Shown here in pieces: positions 34,825 to 44,884 of a stretch of DNA of 64,000 nucleotides. Origin of the DNA: a virus; the IMG/VR virus record IMGVR_UViG_3300045988_127492, positions 64,001 to 128,000 of that record; one strand, 5' to 3'. Positions within the stretch are counted from its first letter, which is position 1. The number at the start of each line of letters is the position of its first letter. Under the pieces are notes generated by a model. That model ran no database searches, had not been told where the DNA came from, and saw nothing but the letters and a program-made list of their open reading frames with translations. Made by a program: the position numbers and the translations under genes.

Positions 34825-35925
34825 TTATACTGCATAATGCAATTCTCTACTTTTTACTCTTACAAAAGTCATATATGCTGGCTTCATTGCTTTGATGATC
34901 TTTTCATCTTCTTCATCATTGTAATAATTATCATTCTCTAATTTAATATCATTTCCAGATACATAAATGATGCCTTTCTTATGATCAAACTCACAATCAA
35001 GAACTTTACAAGAAGCATCTACATAGGTTCCTTTAAAGCAGAATTCCGGTTCAATCCTTGCACTCTTATCAAAGAAATCAATAGTCAATTTTGTGGTTGC
35101 TTCAGAACCATCTTCAAGATGTAAAGTGGCTTCATATGCAATACTGTTTAAATTAATAATATTTAGATCTTTAATTGCTGTCTCAAAAGGTTCTCCAAAG
35201 TTTAATTCAAATGCGATTGCTCTTAAACAGTCATAGTTTAAATCTACTTTGTGAGCGAAAGAAATTACTTTTTCAATTTCACTGTAATACTGTCTATCCA
35301 ACTTATCTTCTAGGTACTCTGTAATTTCAGCATCTGACGGATACTCAAACCTAAAGTGATAGTGGAATCTTCCAGGTCTGTTTACTAAGTAACTATTTAA
35401 TGAATTGAGATCATTACAAGTAATTACAAATAATTTCTTTCCCTGCGATAGCCCATCGAATAATGTAAGCATTTCTGTTTGAGGATCCGCCATACCCTCA
35501 GCAGCTTTGACACCGCCAAATGTCTTGTCAAACTCATCAAACAGTACCATCACTTCCTGTTCAATCTCCTCTATGAAGCTAGCAATTCCGGGGATATATG
35601 TATCCACAATGATAACTGGCAATCCAGTTTTTGCCGCTTCAACAGCCAACGTTTTCGCAAATAATGATTTTCCAATTCCTTTGTTTCCAGAAAGAATAAC
35701 ACCAAGATTTTTCTCTGCTTTTGGAAAGGCTTTAAGAACTTTCTCAACCTTACTCATATGTACTCCATAAGTTTTCTCTTTAATTTCAATATCTGCATAC
35801 TTTTCTAAAAAGAAACCGGAATTTTTTTGGAATCTCACAACGTAATTCTGTGCTGGAAGCTTATCAAAAGTTTCTAATGAATCGTCATAAGTTCTAAATG
35901 TGTTTCCTACTTTAATAATTCTCAT
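34825..35925 (-). CDS. AAA+ ATPase
   Basis: 366 aa. Walker A GNKGIGKS, Walker B VLFDEFD, Arg-finger-like NRPGRFH. Confidence 0.7.
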   Translation of the reverse strand: MRIIKVGNTFRTYDDSLETFDKLPAQNYVVRFQKNSGFFLEKYADIEIKEKTYGVHMSKVEKVLKAFPKAEKNLGVILSGNKGIGKSLFAKTLAVEAAKTGLPVIIVDTYIPGIASFIEEIEQEVMVLFDEFDKTFGGVKAAEGMADPQTEMLTLFDGLSQGKKLFVITCNDLNSLNSYLVNRPGRFHYHFRFEYPSDAEITEYLEDKLDRQYYSEIEKVISFAHKVDLNYDCLRAIAFELNFGEPFETAIKDLNIINLNSIAYEATLHLEDGSEATTKLTIDFFDKSARIEPEFCFKGTYVDASCKVLDCEFDHKKGIIYVSGNDIKLENDNYYNDEEDEKIIKAMKPAYMTFVRVKSRELHYAV

Positions 35926-35944
35926 TCTTCATTTCTCCTATTTG

Positions 35945-35976
35945 AGTTTTACAAAATGGTTTATATGTTAAAAATT
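35945..35976 (-). promoter_or_regulatory. Copy b of the conserved intergenic motif
   Basis: Sense AATTTTTAACATATAAACCATTTTGTAAAACT, ending 20 nt before the ATG of the AAA+ gene. Confidence 0.5.
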
Positions 35977-36880
35977 AGTGACCATTGACATCTGCTTCAT
36001 GTAATAACATTACATCTGAAAACATTTTGTCTCCGATCAATCGTTTATCTTTATTTCTTGCTCTTCTTGATTGAGCCCATGATAAATATGGATGCATATG
36101 ATAATAAATCAAATTAGCTATATAAAAGATATCAAACATATCTTTCCCCGTAGTTACATCAGAGAAATCGCAAGATGTCAAAAATTCATATGCTCCAACA
36201 CAATGATGCTGATAATAGTGACAGTAATCATCCTCTTCTCCTTTTTTATTGATTCTTGATTTAGTAAATAATTTTCCTATATCATGAACCCAAGCTGCAA
36301 CCCATAAATTAGAGTCTTCTGTTGGAACTCCTGCTGAAACCTTTTTCAGATGTCCGTAAAGAGTCAAGGTATGATGTGGATTTTCCTGATCAAAATCACG
36401 AGTCATATCTATTAAATCATTCAAATCTTTACAGTCATCCTGTACAACTCTGATTTCATTGAATCCTTCATGGCACATAGGCGGAGAAAACGTTTTTCTC
36501 ATTCTAGTAATTACTTCGTCAGGCACTGGAATTTCTCTTTTTAAATTATCTTCCAAACACTTTTCATATGTTTTTAAGAATACAACACAGGTTTTATAAA
36601 CTTGTTTACTAACCTGCTTTAAAAAATGCACTCTCCTTTTCTTTACTAAGTTAGTAGCATCATAGATAACTGAATGAGTTTTCAGATCTTCCAGTATCCT
36701 TCGATGTAACTCTTCAAATACTTTATTATTATCTGAATCATCAAAATTATCTCCGTACATTTCTCTTCTGAGTTTATCAGATGAATGTAGTATATACTCC
36801 GGATTAGCTTCTACATAGGCCTTAGCCCAAGTACTCTTACCAGAAGCAGGAAGTCCTACTAACATAATCAATTCATTCAT
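35975..36880 (-). CDS. P-loop polynucleotide-kinase-like domain fused to an HD phosphohydrolase
   Basis: 301 aa. GLPASGKST Walker A with a kinase-type N-half; C-half has WVHDIGK...HH...H of HD domains. Confidence 0.6.
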   Translation of the reverse strand: MNELIMLVGLPASGKSTWAKAYVEANPEYILHSSDKLRREMYGDNFDDSDNNKVFEELHRRILEDLKTHSVIYDATNLVKKRRVHFLKQVSKQVYKTCVVFLKTYEKCLEDNLKREIPVPDEVITRMRKTFSPPMCHEGFNEIRVVQDDCKDLNDLIDMTRDFDQENPHHTLTLYGHLKKVSAGVPTEDSNLWVAAWVHDIGKLFTKSRINKKGEEDDYCHYYQHHCVGAYEFLTSCDFSDVTTGKDMFDIFYIANLIYYHMHPYLSWAQSRRARNKDKRLIGDKMFSDVMLLHEADVNGH

Positions 36881-37515
36881 TATGTAATCTCCTCTATCTC
36901 TTTACAAATTTTTTCTGCAGTTTCTTTAGATATATACTTCTGATTAAAGAACTCTTGTCCAATATCTGATCTAATTTGATATTTCTGCTTGTCAGGATTA
37001 GGTTTTCCTTCTCCATTTACAATTTGAGGTAATGAAGCAGTTTGGAGATAATCTATATAATATAAATCTTCTTTTATACTTCTTCGTTTCTCTCTAATTG
37101 CTTTCTTAATTTTATAAGCCCAATATCCAGAAGTAACATTTAATTTATTAAATTCGATATAGTGATCAAGGTCCTGAGATATAAGTTCTAGTTCTTTTAA
37201 CTGTTTCTCTAATGGTCCTCTATTACCTAAAATTTCTTTAATAGGCAATATACTGTCATCTATTTTCTTTTTATAATCACCAATTTCTACAAGAGATTTA
37301 TTCTGCTGTACAAAACCGACTCTCTCATCAACTGATGTTACTTTCCAAGGGGCGTATGTACTTAAGTTTTTTGGAATTGTTGATATCCTGTTTAAAGCTT
37401 TTGGCACATTATCAAACTTCTGTGCAGACTTTAGATCTACTACATGAGGCGGATATCCATGCTTAAACAATAAGTAATTTCCAGGATATTTTTCACTTTC
37501 TAAAACATATTTCAT
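36880..37515 (-). CDS. hypothetical protein
   Basis: 211 aa. First gene downstream of two consensus promoters. Confidence 0.55.
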   Translation of the reverse strand: MKYVLESEKYPGNYLLFKHGYPPHVVDLKSAQKFDNVPKALNRISTIPKNLSTYAPWKVTSVDERVGFVQQNKSLVEIGDYKKKIDDSILPIKEILGNRGPLEKQLKELELISQDLDHYIEFNKLNVTSGYWAYKIKKAIREKRRSIKEDLYYIDYLQTASLPQIVNGEGKPNPDKQKYQIRSDIGQEFFNQKYISKETAEKICKEIEEIT

Positions 37516-37538
37516 TTTCCTCTTCCTTCGATGTTTGT

Positions 37539-37567
37539 ATTATATCGCAGTTTACATTTTGCGTCAA
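37539..37567 (-). promoter_or_regulatory. sigma70-type promoter P1 (TTGACG-17 nt-TATAAT)
   Basis: Read on the minus strand: -35 at 37562-37567 and -10 at 37539-37544. The conserved motif (copy c, 37570-37590) sits immediately upstream of the -35. Confidence 0.65.
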
Positions 37568-37627
37568 GAGGTTTTACAAACTTGTTTATAAGTTTAAAAA
37601 ATTTGTTTCCTCTCTTAACTTGTTTTA

Positions 37628-37656
37628 AGTATATCACAGTCATTTCATCTTGTCAA
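37628..37656 (-). promoter_or_regulatory. sigma70-type promoter P2 (TTGACA-17 nt-TATACT)
   Basis: -35 at 37651-37656 and -10 at 37628-37633. Motif copy d (37660-37680) is immediately upstream, overlapping the last codons of ligA. Confidence 0.6.
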
Positions 37657-39689
37657 CATGTTTTTACAAAATTGTTTATAAAATCTTTTTCTGAAATAAT
37701 CGGCACACCAAGCTGTGTAGCCTTTACATTTTTACTGCTCTTTGATGTTGTATCATTATTAATAAGGTAGCTAGTCTTTTTAGTCACAGAGCCTGTCACT
37801 TTGCCTCCCAGTGATTCTATCTTCTCTACCAACGCAACCCTATTGGTGAACTCAGTGAGTGTCCCAGTAATGCAGAACGTTTTTCCCTTTAAACTATCTT
37901 CTACAATTTGTTGAGGAATCTCTTCAAACTGAAATTCTGCTGCAAGTTCATTTATATATCTTTCATTTTCTTCAAAATAATTTTTTAGAGAAGATGCTTT
38001 CGCGAATCCAAAATCCTCCAGACATGTGAAATCATACTGAGAATTCATATCTTCAATGAAACTGTCAAAAGCTGTTTTTAATCCTTTTTCTCTTGCTCTT
38101 TTCTCTTCGATATTATTTAATTGTTTACTAACATTACGACCTATTAAAGGTATCGACAACCCATAAAGGAATTTAGGTAACGTTGTTTTACGGCATTTTT
38201 CTATTGATTCCAGAATTTTATCAACTTTCTTTGCACCTAATCCTTGTAGTGTCAGCAACATTTCTCTACAATTCTTTAAATAAAATAAATCTATTGGCCC
38301 TTTAATAAACTCTTTCTCTATTAAAAGATTCAAGGTAGATTTAGAAAGCCCAGTAATATCATGCGCTTCTTTACTTACAAAAGTACACAATTCACCAAGA
38401 AGTTTTCCCTTGCACTCAAGGTTCATACATTGAAGTTCCTCTGTTTCGTTCCCACCAATAACCTTTGTATGTCCACCACAAATAGGACATTTATCTGGAA
38501 CTGTAAACAAATTATTTTTGTTTCTAGTCAGGTTCTCCGCAATCTGCGGAATGATCATATTAGCTTTATATACAGTGATCGTATCCCCTACAGATAACTC
38601 ATAGCTTTTGAAAATACTTACATTGTGTAAACTAGCTCTCTCAACGATGGTATCATCTATCTCAACCGGATCAAACACTGCTACGGGTGTTAACTGACCA
38701 GTCTTTCCCATGCTCCATTCTACGTTTCTGATCACTGTTTCAAACTTATCATCTGCAAATTTATAAGCCAATTGAGAACGAACATGGTGTGATGTTTCTC
38801 CTAGGCTTTCGCCATAGGCAATATCATCATATGAAAATACGATTCCATCAATAGGAACATCTTTTTCTCTTGCAGTCTCTCTAAGGATTCTAATATCTTC
38901 TTCAATATTATCAACCTTTACCCAAGGAACCACTTCAAATCCAAGAAGTTCTAATATCTGCAGTCTTTTCATAAAGCTATTACCATCTATGCCGCGAACC
39001 GCCTTCCAAGCAACAAAATTAATTTTTCTTTCTTTTGTAATAGAGCTATCAAGCTGCCTGACGGAACCAGCAGCTAAGTTCCTAATATTCTTAATGCCGT
39101 TCTCCTTGATATATTTTTCTAATTCTTCACCAAAAAGACCTTTTCTTTCTCCTTCTTCTTTCAACTCAATGTCTTTCAGTTCTTTAAGATGAATGTATTG
39201 ATGAATTTCCATAATAGCTTCTCCATCTACTACCACCTCATCTTTATACGGAATTTCTTTCGGAAGATTTACAAAAGTGTTTACTGTATGTAAAACATCT
39301 TCGCCAATAACTCCATTACCTCTAGTCTCTGCTGCAACTAATTTACCATCTATATATTTTACTGAAATAGTAAGCCCATCCATTTTTAGCATAGCCAATC
39401 CAGGCAAACCATTCATAAAGTTTTCAACATCACTTATATCTTTTGTCTTGTCTAAAGACAGCATTGGATGATCGTGTTCAACTTTTTCCAACTCACTAAC
39501 TGTTTCTGAGCCAACACTAATAGTGGGACTGTTGGCTAAAATAATACCTGTAGCATGTTCAAGTTCTTTAAGTCGATCATATTTTTTATCATATTCATAA
39601 TTAGAAATTAGAGAAGTGTCTTCCATATAATATGCATGAGCATATATACTTAATTCTTCCACTAATTCACGCATTTCCTTTAAAAGCAC
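37653..39689 (-). CDS. ligA: NAD+-dependent DNA ligase
   Basis: 678 aa. Adenylation motif KMDGLT, Ia-domain YYMEDTSLISNYEYD, CxxC...C zinc finger (CPICGG...C...C), HhH region, C-terminal BRCT-like GKTFCITGTL. Confidence 0.9.
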   Translation of the reverse strand: MLLKEMRELVEELSIYAHAYYMEDTSLISNYEYDKKYDRLKELEHATGIILANSPTISVGSETVSELEKVEHDHPMLSLDKTKDISDVENFMNGLPGLAMLKMDGLTISVKYIDGKLVAAETRGNGVIGEDVLHTVNTFVNLPKEIPYKDEVVVDGEAIMEIHQYIHLKELKDIELKEEGERKGLFGEELEKYIKENGIKNIRNLAAGSVRQLDSSITKERKINFVAWKAVRGIDGNSFMKRLQILELLGFEVVPWVKVDNIEEDIRILRETAREKDVPIDGIVFSYDDIAYGESLGETSHHVRSQLAYKFADDKFETVIRNVEWSMGKTGQLTPVAVFDPVEIDDTIVERASLHNVSIFKSYELSVGDTITVYKANMIIPQIAENLTRNKNNLFTVPDKCPICGGHTKVIGGNETEELQCMNLECKGKLLGELCTFVSKEAHDITGLSKSTLNLLIEKEFIKGPIDLFYLKNCREMLLTLQGLGAKKVDKILESIEKCRKTTLPKFLYGLSIPLIGRNVSKQLNNIEEKRAREKGLKTAFDSFIEDMNSQYDFTCLEDFGFAKASSLKNYFEENERYINELAAEFQFEEIPQQIVEDSLKGKTFCITGTLTEFTNRVALVEKIESLGGKVTGSVTKKTSYLINNDTTSKSSKNVKATQLGVPIISEKDFINNFVKTC

Positions 39690-39946
39690 CCTTCTTCCTC
39701 CATTTTGTACAAAATAATATAATCTTTATCATGAACAAACTTTTGTCCTTCCTCTGTCGGAACCTCTTCATATAAATCTGGTTCCAATTTTATGTATGAG
39801 TCTCCGGTCTCTATTCTTACCGTACTTCCCTCTTCGTATATATTTTCGATTACAAAATTCATCCACCCCATTTCTGTGCCGTTCATATGACAAATTAATC
39901 CAATTCTTTCTTCAGTTCCAAAACATTCATAAAGTCTTTCTAACAC
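39680..39946 (-). CDS. hypothetical protein
   Basis: 88 aa. GTG start with SD GGAGGGA. Confidence 0.5.
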   Translation of the reverse strand: MLERLYECFGTEERIGLICHMNGTEMGWMNFVIENIYEEGSTVRIETGDSYIKLEPDLYEEVPTEEGQKFVHDKDYIILYKMEEEGCF

Positions 39947-39997
39947 TGCAATCCCTCCAATGTTCGAACGTTTGTTCGGTTGCTATGTTTAAATATT

Positions 39998-40033
39998 ACC
40001 ACACACAGAGAATTAAGTCAATCTATGTGTGGT
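39998..40033 (-). terminator. hairpin after the recombinase module (possible intrinsic terminator)
   Basis: ACCACACA(TAG)...(CTCTG)TGTGTGGT stem followed on the minus strand by AATATTT. The U-tract is weak. Confidence 0.35.
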
Positions 40034-40042
40034 ATCATTTAT

Positions 40043-40963
40043 TTATAAATAATTATAATATTTGATTCTAAGTGCCTTTTTAGTATAGCCATTTATATTA
40101 TAATTTGAATTAACCTTTTTGATATATTGTTCTTCAAAAATTGTTTCTTTAGAAACGCCATATTTTTCCATTATGTCTTTTAATTGTTCCACTATCCCAG
40201 CTGTATAAAGTCGAGGTATGGTAAGATATGGAATATTTTCTTCTTTCCTAAGAACTATCAATCGACTTGTTAATCTTAAATTCAGAGCCTCCAACGTATT
40301 ACTACGTATATTCTTCCTGGAGTTAACTATATTTCCCTCCATATTTAATGAAGTTACATTCCCAGTAGAAGATATATACTCTTCTTCTTGTGAACTAGCT
40401 TTAGCTAACTCTACTAATTCCTCTGATAAAATTCTTTTTTCTCCATTTTCAAAAGTAAGGATATTCCCGTTGAGTTTACTTATTTTAACTCTTAAAAGTT
40501 CACCAACTTCTTCTGTTCTTACCCCTTCAAATAAAGCCAAAATTAAAAATTTATCAGAAAAATTTTTAAATTGGGAAATGTCTTCTAAAACTTGTGCTCT
40601 ACTAGGGCACACTGCTTTCTCTTTATTAAGATATTTTTGTAAATATTCCGCACTTGTGCCTAGCTCATCATAATGATTTATATTATCAATTGAAATATTG
40701 CAAGAACAACACCAATCCGTATACTTCCGTAAAATACTTATAATTTTTCTTATTGCATTTAATGAGGAAGCTAAAAATATAGGTAATAATTTATCTATCT
40801 CAGACAAAGTAAAATCACATATATCTTTATCAAGTAGTTCCTCATAACTCTCTGTTTTGTTAAAAAGCGATTTAGCACTTGATGGAGTTTGTTCAAGATC
40901 TTCTACTATATAACGTAAATACTCTTGCTTCCGTTCTTTGTTATACATATCACACCTCCTCAA
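40043..40963 (-). CDS. recombinase-like protein (SAM-like/core-binding fold, degenerate catalytic domain)
   Basis: 306 aa. LILALFEGVRTEEVGELLRVK resembles integrase box I, but no HxxR/Y tail was recognised. Confidence 0.35.
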   Translation of the reverse strand: MRRCDMYNKERKQEYLRYIVEDLEQTPSSAKSLFNKTESYEELLDKDICDFTLSEIDKLLPIFLASSLNAIRKIISILRKYTDWCCSCNISIDNINHYDELGTSAEYLQKYLNKEKAVCPSRAQVLEDISQFKNFSDKFLILALFEGVRTEEVGELLRVKISKLNGNILTFENGEKRILSEELVELAKASSQEEEYISSTGNVTSLNMEGNIVNSRKNIRSNTLEALNLRLTSRLIVLRKEENIPYLTIPRLYTAGIVEQLKDIMEKYGVSKETIFEEQYIKKVNSNYNINGYTKKALRIKYYNYL

Positions 40964-42164
40964 ATAAAGCTTTTATTTTATTCAATTTTGTATCTGTAGC
41001 ATTATCAATAATCGGTATATCTTTTTCTAAGGCATTTTCTATTTTTTCTGCACACTTATATATATCTTTAGAAATTGATGTCCCATATATTATTACTGGC
41101 ATAGTTGTATCGTCAAGTATAACATCCGGATCATTCTCTTGCAGTATTTTCAAAATGCTTATAATAAAAACAGCAGTTCTAATACACTGGCTTCTATTCA
41201 TCTTATTAGTTTTAAGAATAAACTCCAATAATGAAAATAGAGATGCTCTGTCTATTTCTCCTCTATGCGCTCTTTCAATCTTACCTCTTACAGGACTATC
41301 TAATGTATTGTTTAATTTATCAATAATTATATTAGTAGGAGCTGATTTATCCATTGAAGCTAAATAGCTCTTAGAAATTTTATTTCTTTTATCTTCCTGT
41401 TCAATATACTGACATGCTTTATTTTCTGAGAAATTCATGATATTCAGAATGAAATTAAACTGAAAATCAGGATTTTTTATTTTTGTATTCATTGCAGCTC
41501 TAAACCGGTGAAAACCATCAATAATATCAAACTTCCCAGAATTAAGTACCAACTCAGAATCAACTATATCAAAATCCACATTTGGATCATCAACATTAAG
41601 ATTTAAAGTCAGAGCATTAGGTACAAATTCTCCTTTACTCATTAAATCCTCGATAGCTTTTACAGATGTAGCAACTATATCAATTGTATATGATATATCT
41701 TGTCCTCTACGCCTTTGCTTAAGCTGACGCTGGGTCCTTGGATTATATATTATAAGTTGCTGATCATAAAGTTCTTTTAACAGATCAATGCTGATTTTTG
41801 CTACCCACTGATCTTCAGCTATTTCTATTACCGGGCTTATTTTTATTGGATAAATCTCAGCTTTTCGATAATCTGCCTTCAAATTTGAAAAACGTACAAT
41901 TTCTTTATCTGAGAAATATGTTTTTATTTCCATGTTTGCCCTAAAAACATTATTAAAAGCATCAATAAGCCAGTACATTTCATTATCTGGTATTTCATCT
42001 TTGCTCTTAGCACCGATAACATACTGCATATATTCTATATCTGAATATTCATATTTTTCCATAAGAAATTTTTTAGTTTCTTTCTTAAAGTATGAATTTT
42101 TTTGGAGCTGAGAAAAATATCCATCCAATGTTTTATATAGGTTTTCACTTCTTAACATTTCCAA
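40950..42164 (-). CDS. DGQHR/DndB-like ParB-superfamily domain protein
   Basis: 404 aa. FDIIDGFHRFRAA matches the DGQHR-type ParB/Srx nucleotide-binding motif. Confidence 0.5.
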   Translation of the reverse strand: MEMLRSENLYKTLDGYFSQLQKNSYFKKETKKFLMEKYEYSDIEYMQYVIGAKSKDEIPDNEMYWLIDAFNNVFRANMEIKTYFSDKEIVRFSNLKADYRKAEIYPIKISPVIEIAEDQWVAKISIDLLKELYDQQLIIYNPRTQRQLKQRRRGQDISYTIDIVATSVKAIEDLMSKGEFVPNALTLNLNVDDPNVDFDIVDSELVLNSGKFDIIDGFHRFRAAMNTKIKNPDFQFNFILNIMNFSENKACQYIEQEDKRNKISKSYLASMDKSAPTNIIIDKLNNTLDSPVRGKIERAHRGEIDRASLFSLLEFILKTNKMNRSQCIRTAVFIISILKILQENDPDVILDDTTMPVIIYGTSISKDIYKCAEKIENALEKDIPIIDNATDTKLNKIKALFEEV

Positions 42165-42198
42165 GCCTCCTTTCTAGTATTATAACATTGTTTAGGAA

Positions 42199-43197
42199 TT
42201 ATTTCAACAAGCTATTTACATATTTAGCTGCTTCTGCATCAACAGGTTTCTGAACAATATATCTTTGTGTAGTATCCACGCGTGAATGATGCATATTTTG
42301 CTGAACATACGCAATATCTCCTGTTTTCTCGTAAAGTAATGTTGCATAAGTACTTCTAAACTTATGTGGTGTAATATGCTTTTCAAAATCTACTGTATAT
42401 GCTTTAACCAGATCCCTTACAGATTTATCTGTAATCCTTGTCCTTCTATTTGATATGAATAAAGCATTACATTCTCGTTTAGCTAAAAGTTCGCTTCTTT
42501 TTATTGACCAATCTCTTAGTATTTCAATAGTATCATCATCAAGTTCATATTCATACGTGTTCCTACGCTTATCAGTAACTCTAATGATTTTCTGATCCCA
42601 GAATATATCTTCCACATTAAGTTCTGTAAGCGCAGTAACACGAATACCAGTTACCATAAGAAGAGTAAATATAGCTAGGTTCCTTTCTTTCCAAGCCTCT
42701 CTTCTTGCATTAGCTCTTTTTGTACCAATAGAATTATCATTTATTCTATCCACAACTTTTTTCAACTCTGCAGCTGTCATAGCAACTTGCTTATGTGGAT
42801 CTTTTACAGAAACCCTTTTTATGCCACAGTCAAAAGGGTTTTCTGAAATTATTTTTCTACTTAATAAGTAATCAGCAAATGATTTTAATGCCGTATAAGC
42901 AGTTGCTTTAGCACTATCTGAACTATATCCTCCATCTCGCCCTCTCAAACAAGAAAGATAAGAGTTTACATTATCAATAGTCATTGCCCCATTGCAATCT
43001 TCTATTGACTCTATAAATCCATTTTCTTTCAAATAATTCATAAATCTAACAGCTGTCATAGTATAATTTTGAGCAGTAAGATATTCGCATGAATTGAACA
43101 GACCATTATAATAACCAGTAAAATACTGTGGCTTATCTCTAAGTAATGTTCTCATCTTGCTTTCTGATTTATATTTATGTTCTTCTCTTCCCTTCAT
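42199..43197 (-). CDS. tyrosine recombinase/integrase (XerC/D-like)
   Basis: VTGIRVTALTELNV (box I Arg), HKFRSTYAT (HxxR), HSRVDTTQRY (His...Tyr). ATG at 43197 preferred over the GTG at 43206. Confidence 0.8.
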   Translation of the reverse strand: MKGREEHKYKSESKMRTLLRDKPQYFTGYYNGLFNSCEYLTAQNYTMTAVRFMNYLKENGFIESIEDCNGAMTIDNVNSYLSCLRGRDGGYSSDSAKATAYTALKSFADYLLSRKIISENPFDCGIKRVSVKDPHKQVAMTAAELKKVVDRINDNSIGTKRANARREAWKERNLAIFTLLMVTGIRVTALTELNVEDIFWDQKIIRVTDKRRNTYEYELDDDTIEILRDWSIKRSELLAKRECNALFISNRRTRITDKSVRDLVKAYTVDFEKHITPHKFRSTYATLLYEKTGDIAYVQQNMHHSRVDTTQRYIVQKPVDAEAAKYVNSLLK

Positions 43198-43207
43198 GCA
43201 AATCACC

Positions 43208-43909
43208 TCACCATCTAAATTTGTGATCTAATCCACTTCCACGGACTCCATTCTTTTCTCTTTCCTCAAGTATTTCTTTCCTAATTTTCTCATGTTTAGA
43301 GTGGAAATATGCCATTGCCACCAACCAGATCATAATTAGCATAGCCCATCCTGATGGACCCGCTAACAAAAACATGAATGATATCAATACTAATACAATT
43401 ATAGTTTTTGCATCAGATTCATCCCACACCTCAACATGATTATCTGCTTTTGTTACTGGTCTATCGCTTGCTTTTCTCCAATTCCATGGATTGGGCAATG
43501 GGATTGGTTCATAATCATCTCTTACTACTGCAATAGGAAACGGATGTGCTTCTTCCATTTCAAAATCCAATGAATCTACTTTTACCCAAACAGTATAATT
43601 AGGATGGTATGTCCAAATTTTATTTCCTGTTCTTACCACCTGAAAAGTCCCTTGTTGTCCAGGTCTTAATGCTTTTTCCGCTAACTCATTTGCCTCATAT
43701 ACTAAATAAAGCTGGAACCCATATGTATCATCATATGTTTCATGCTTAATGTCTGGAGCTAAAAATAATCCTGTATTAGGAACCATATTTTCAAGATGAG
43801 GCGGATACATACACTGCTCTTTATATAGCTCTTCTATAGTTTTATCTGGCATAGTATATGTCCAGCCTCGCTGCATATCTCTTACTTTAACTTTCTTTCC
43901 CAAATTCAC
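43208..43909 (-). CDS. membrane-anchored hypothetical protein (C-terminal 2 TM)
   Basis: 233 aa. Confidence 0.5.
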   Translation of the reverse strand: MNLGKKVKVRDMQRGWTYTMPDKTIEELYKEQCMYPPHLENMVPNTGLFLAPDIKHETYDDTYGFQLYLVYEANELAEKALRPGQQGTFQVVRTGNKIWTYHPNYTVWVKVDSLDFEMEEAHPFPIAVVRDDYEPIPLPNPWNWRKASDRPVTKADNHVEVWDESDAKTIIVLVLISFMFLLAGPSGWAMLIMIWLVAMAYFHSKHEKIRKEILEEREKNGVRGSGLDHKFRW

Positions 43910-43948
43910 CTTACCTTTCCTTGGTACAAAAAGATAGCTATTTACAGT

Positions 43949-44479
43949 TTATGGCATCTGTGTAGTATTTTCAATAGGCCGCCATCCTACAACATATTTA
44001 TTTGACCAGTTTCTCCATTCATAATTTCCATATTTTCCTTTAATCATCATATCTCTTTTAAGACTACCATCAGTCATGAGAATTTCTACTTCTTTATATA
44101 ATTCTGGAAAATCTCCCCATTCTGTATGCCATTCCATATTTTCATCTTCTCTTTTTCTTACATATTCAATTACGGGAATCATTTTTTCTATCTTTTCCAC
44201 TTCGTAAATGTCGATAAAAGTAACATCTCGTACATCTTTACAAAAATTATGGCTTATTTTTTCTGTTATATGGAAATAGCGATCTTCAACTCGCACAATA
44301 TTCGAAAAATAATATACATTGAAAACGTCAAAGTTTTCATTCTTTGGCGAATTGCATGTGCGGACTTTTCCAAAGTCACAAATGAATTTGCATTGCAATT
44401 CTGTAAGTTCGCCTTTTGCCATTTTATCAGCGGTGATTCCGCGTTCTTTTAGTCCTTCTCTGTAGTAGTAATCTGTCAT
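43949..44479 (-). CDS. hypothetical protein
   Basis: 176 aa. Confidence 0.5.
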   Translation of the reverse strand: MTDYYYREGLKERGITADKMAKGELTELQCKFICDFGKVRTCNSPKNENFDVFNVYYFSNIVRVEDRYFHITEKISHNFCKDVRDVTFIDIYEVEKIEKMIPVIEYVRKREDENMEWHTEWGDFPELYKEVEILMTDGSLKRDMMIKGKYGNYEWRNWSNKYVVGWRPIENTTQMP

Positions 44480-44884
44480 AATGGTATCCTTTCTTGTAAC
44501 ATAATCCTTGTAGCGAGAGGTAATTAAAATAAATCAAATTATTTCAATTATGCTTGAACTAATAGGGAATGCCGGGCTTGCCTGGTAAATAATTTTGACA
44601 TTTAGAGTACCTCCATAAGAAACTTCTGATCCATCAAACTCCTAAAATCATCAATATAAGTATGACATCAATACTAAGAATACTCTGTCAGCAACTTTTT
44701 CATTCATATTTGTAAGCATATACCAACAAGTCAAACTAATTATTGCACTTGAAATACTTCTCATAACATTCTCCTATACTCTCTTTGTTCATTTATCCTT
44801 TAAAATCTAAAAGTGGGCGGACATACGGCTGGATATGTTCTACGTTCATGAATCTTGATGACATATTTTATTCCCTCCAATCTC

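Noticed and set aside
39947-43909. Clear attL/attR or direct repeats flanking the recombinase module
   Set aside because: I could not find matching direct repeats by eye on either side. The upstream gene is translationally contiguous with the integrase, so a recent discrete insertion is not supported.
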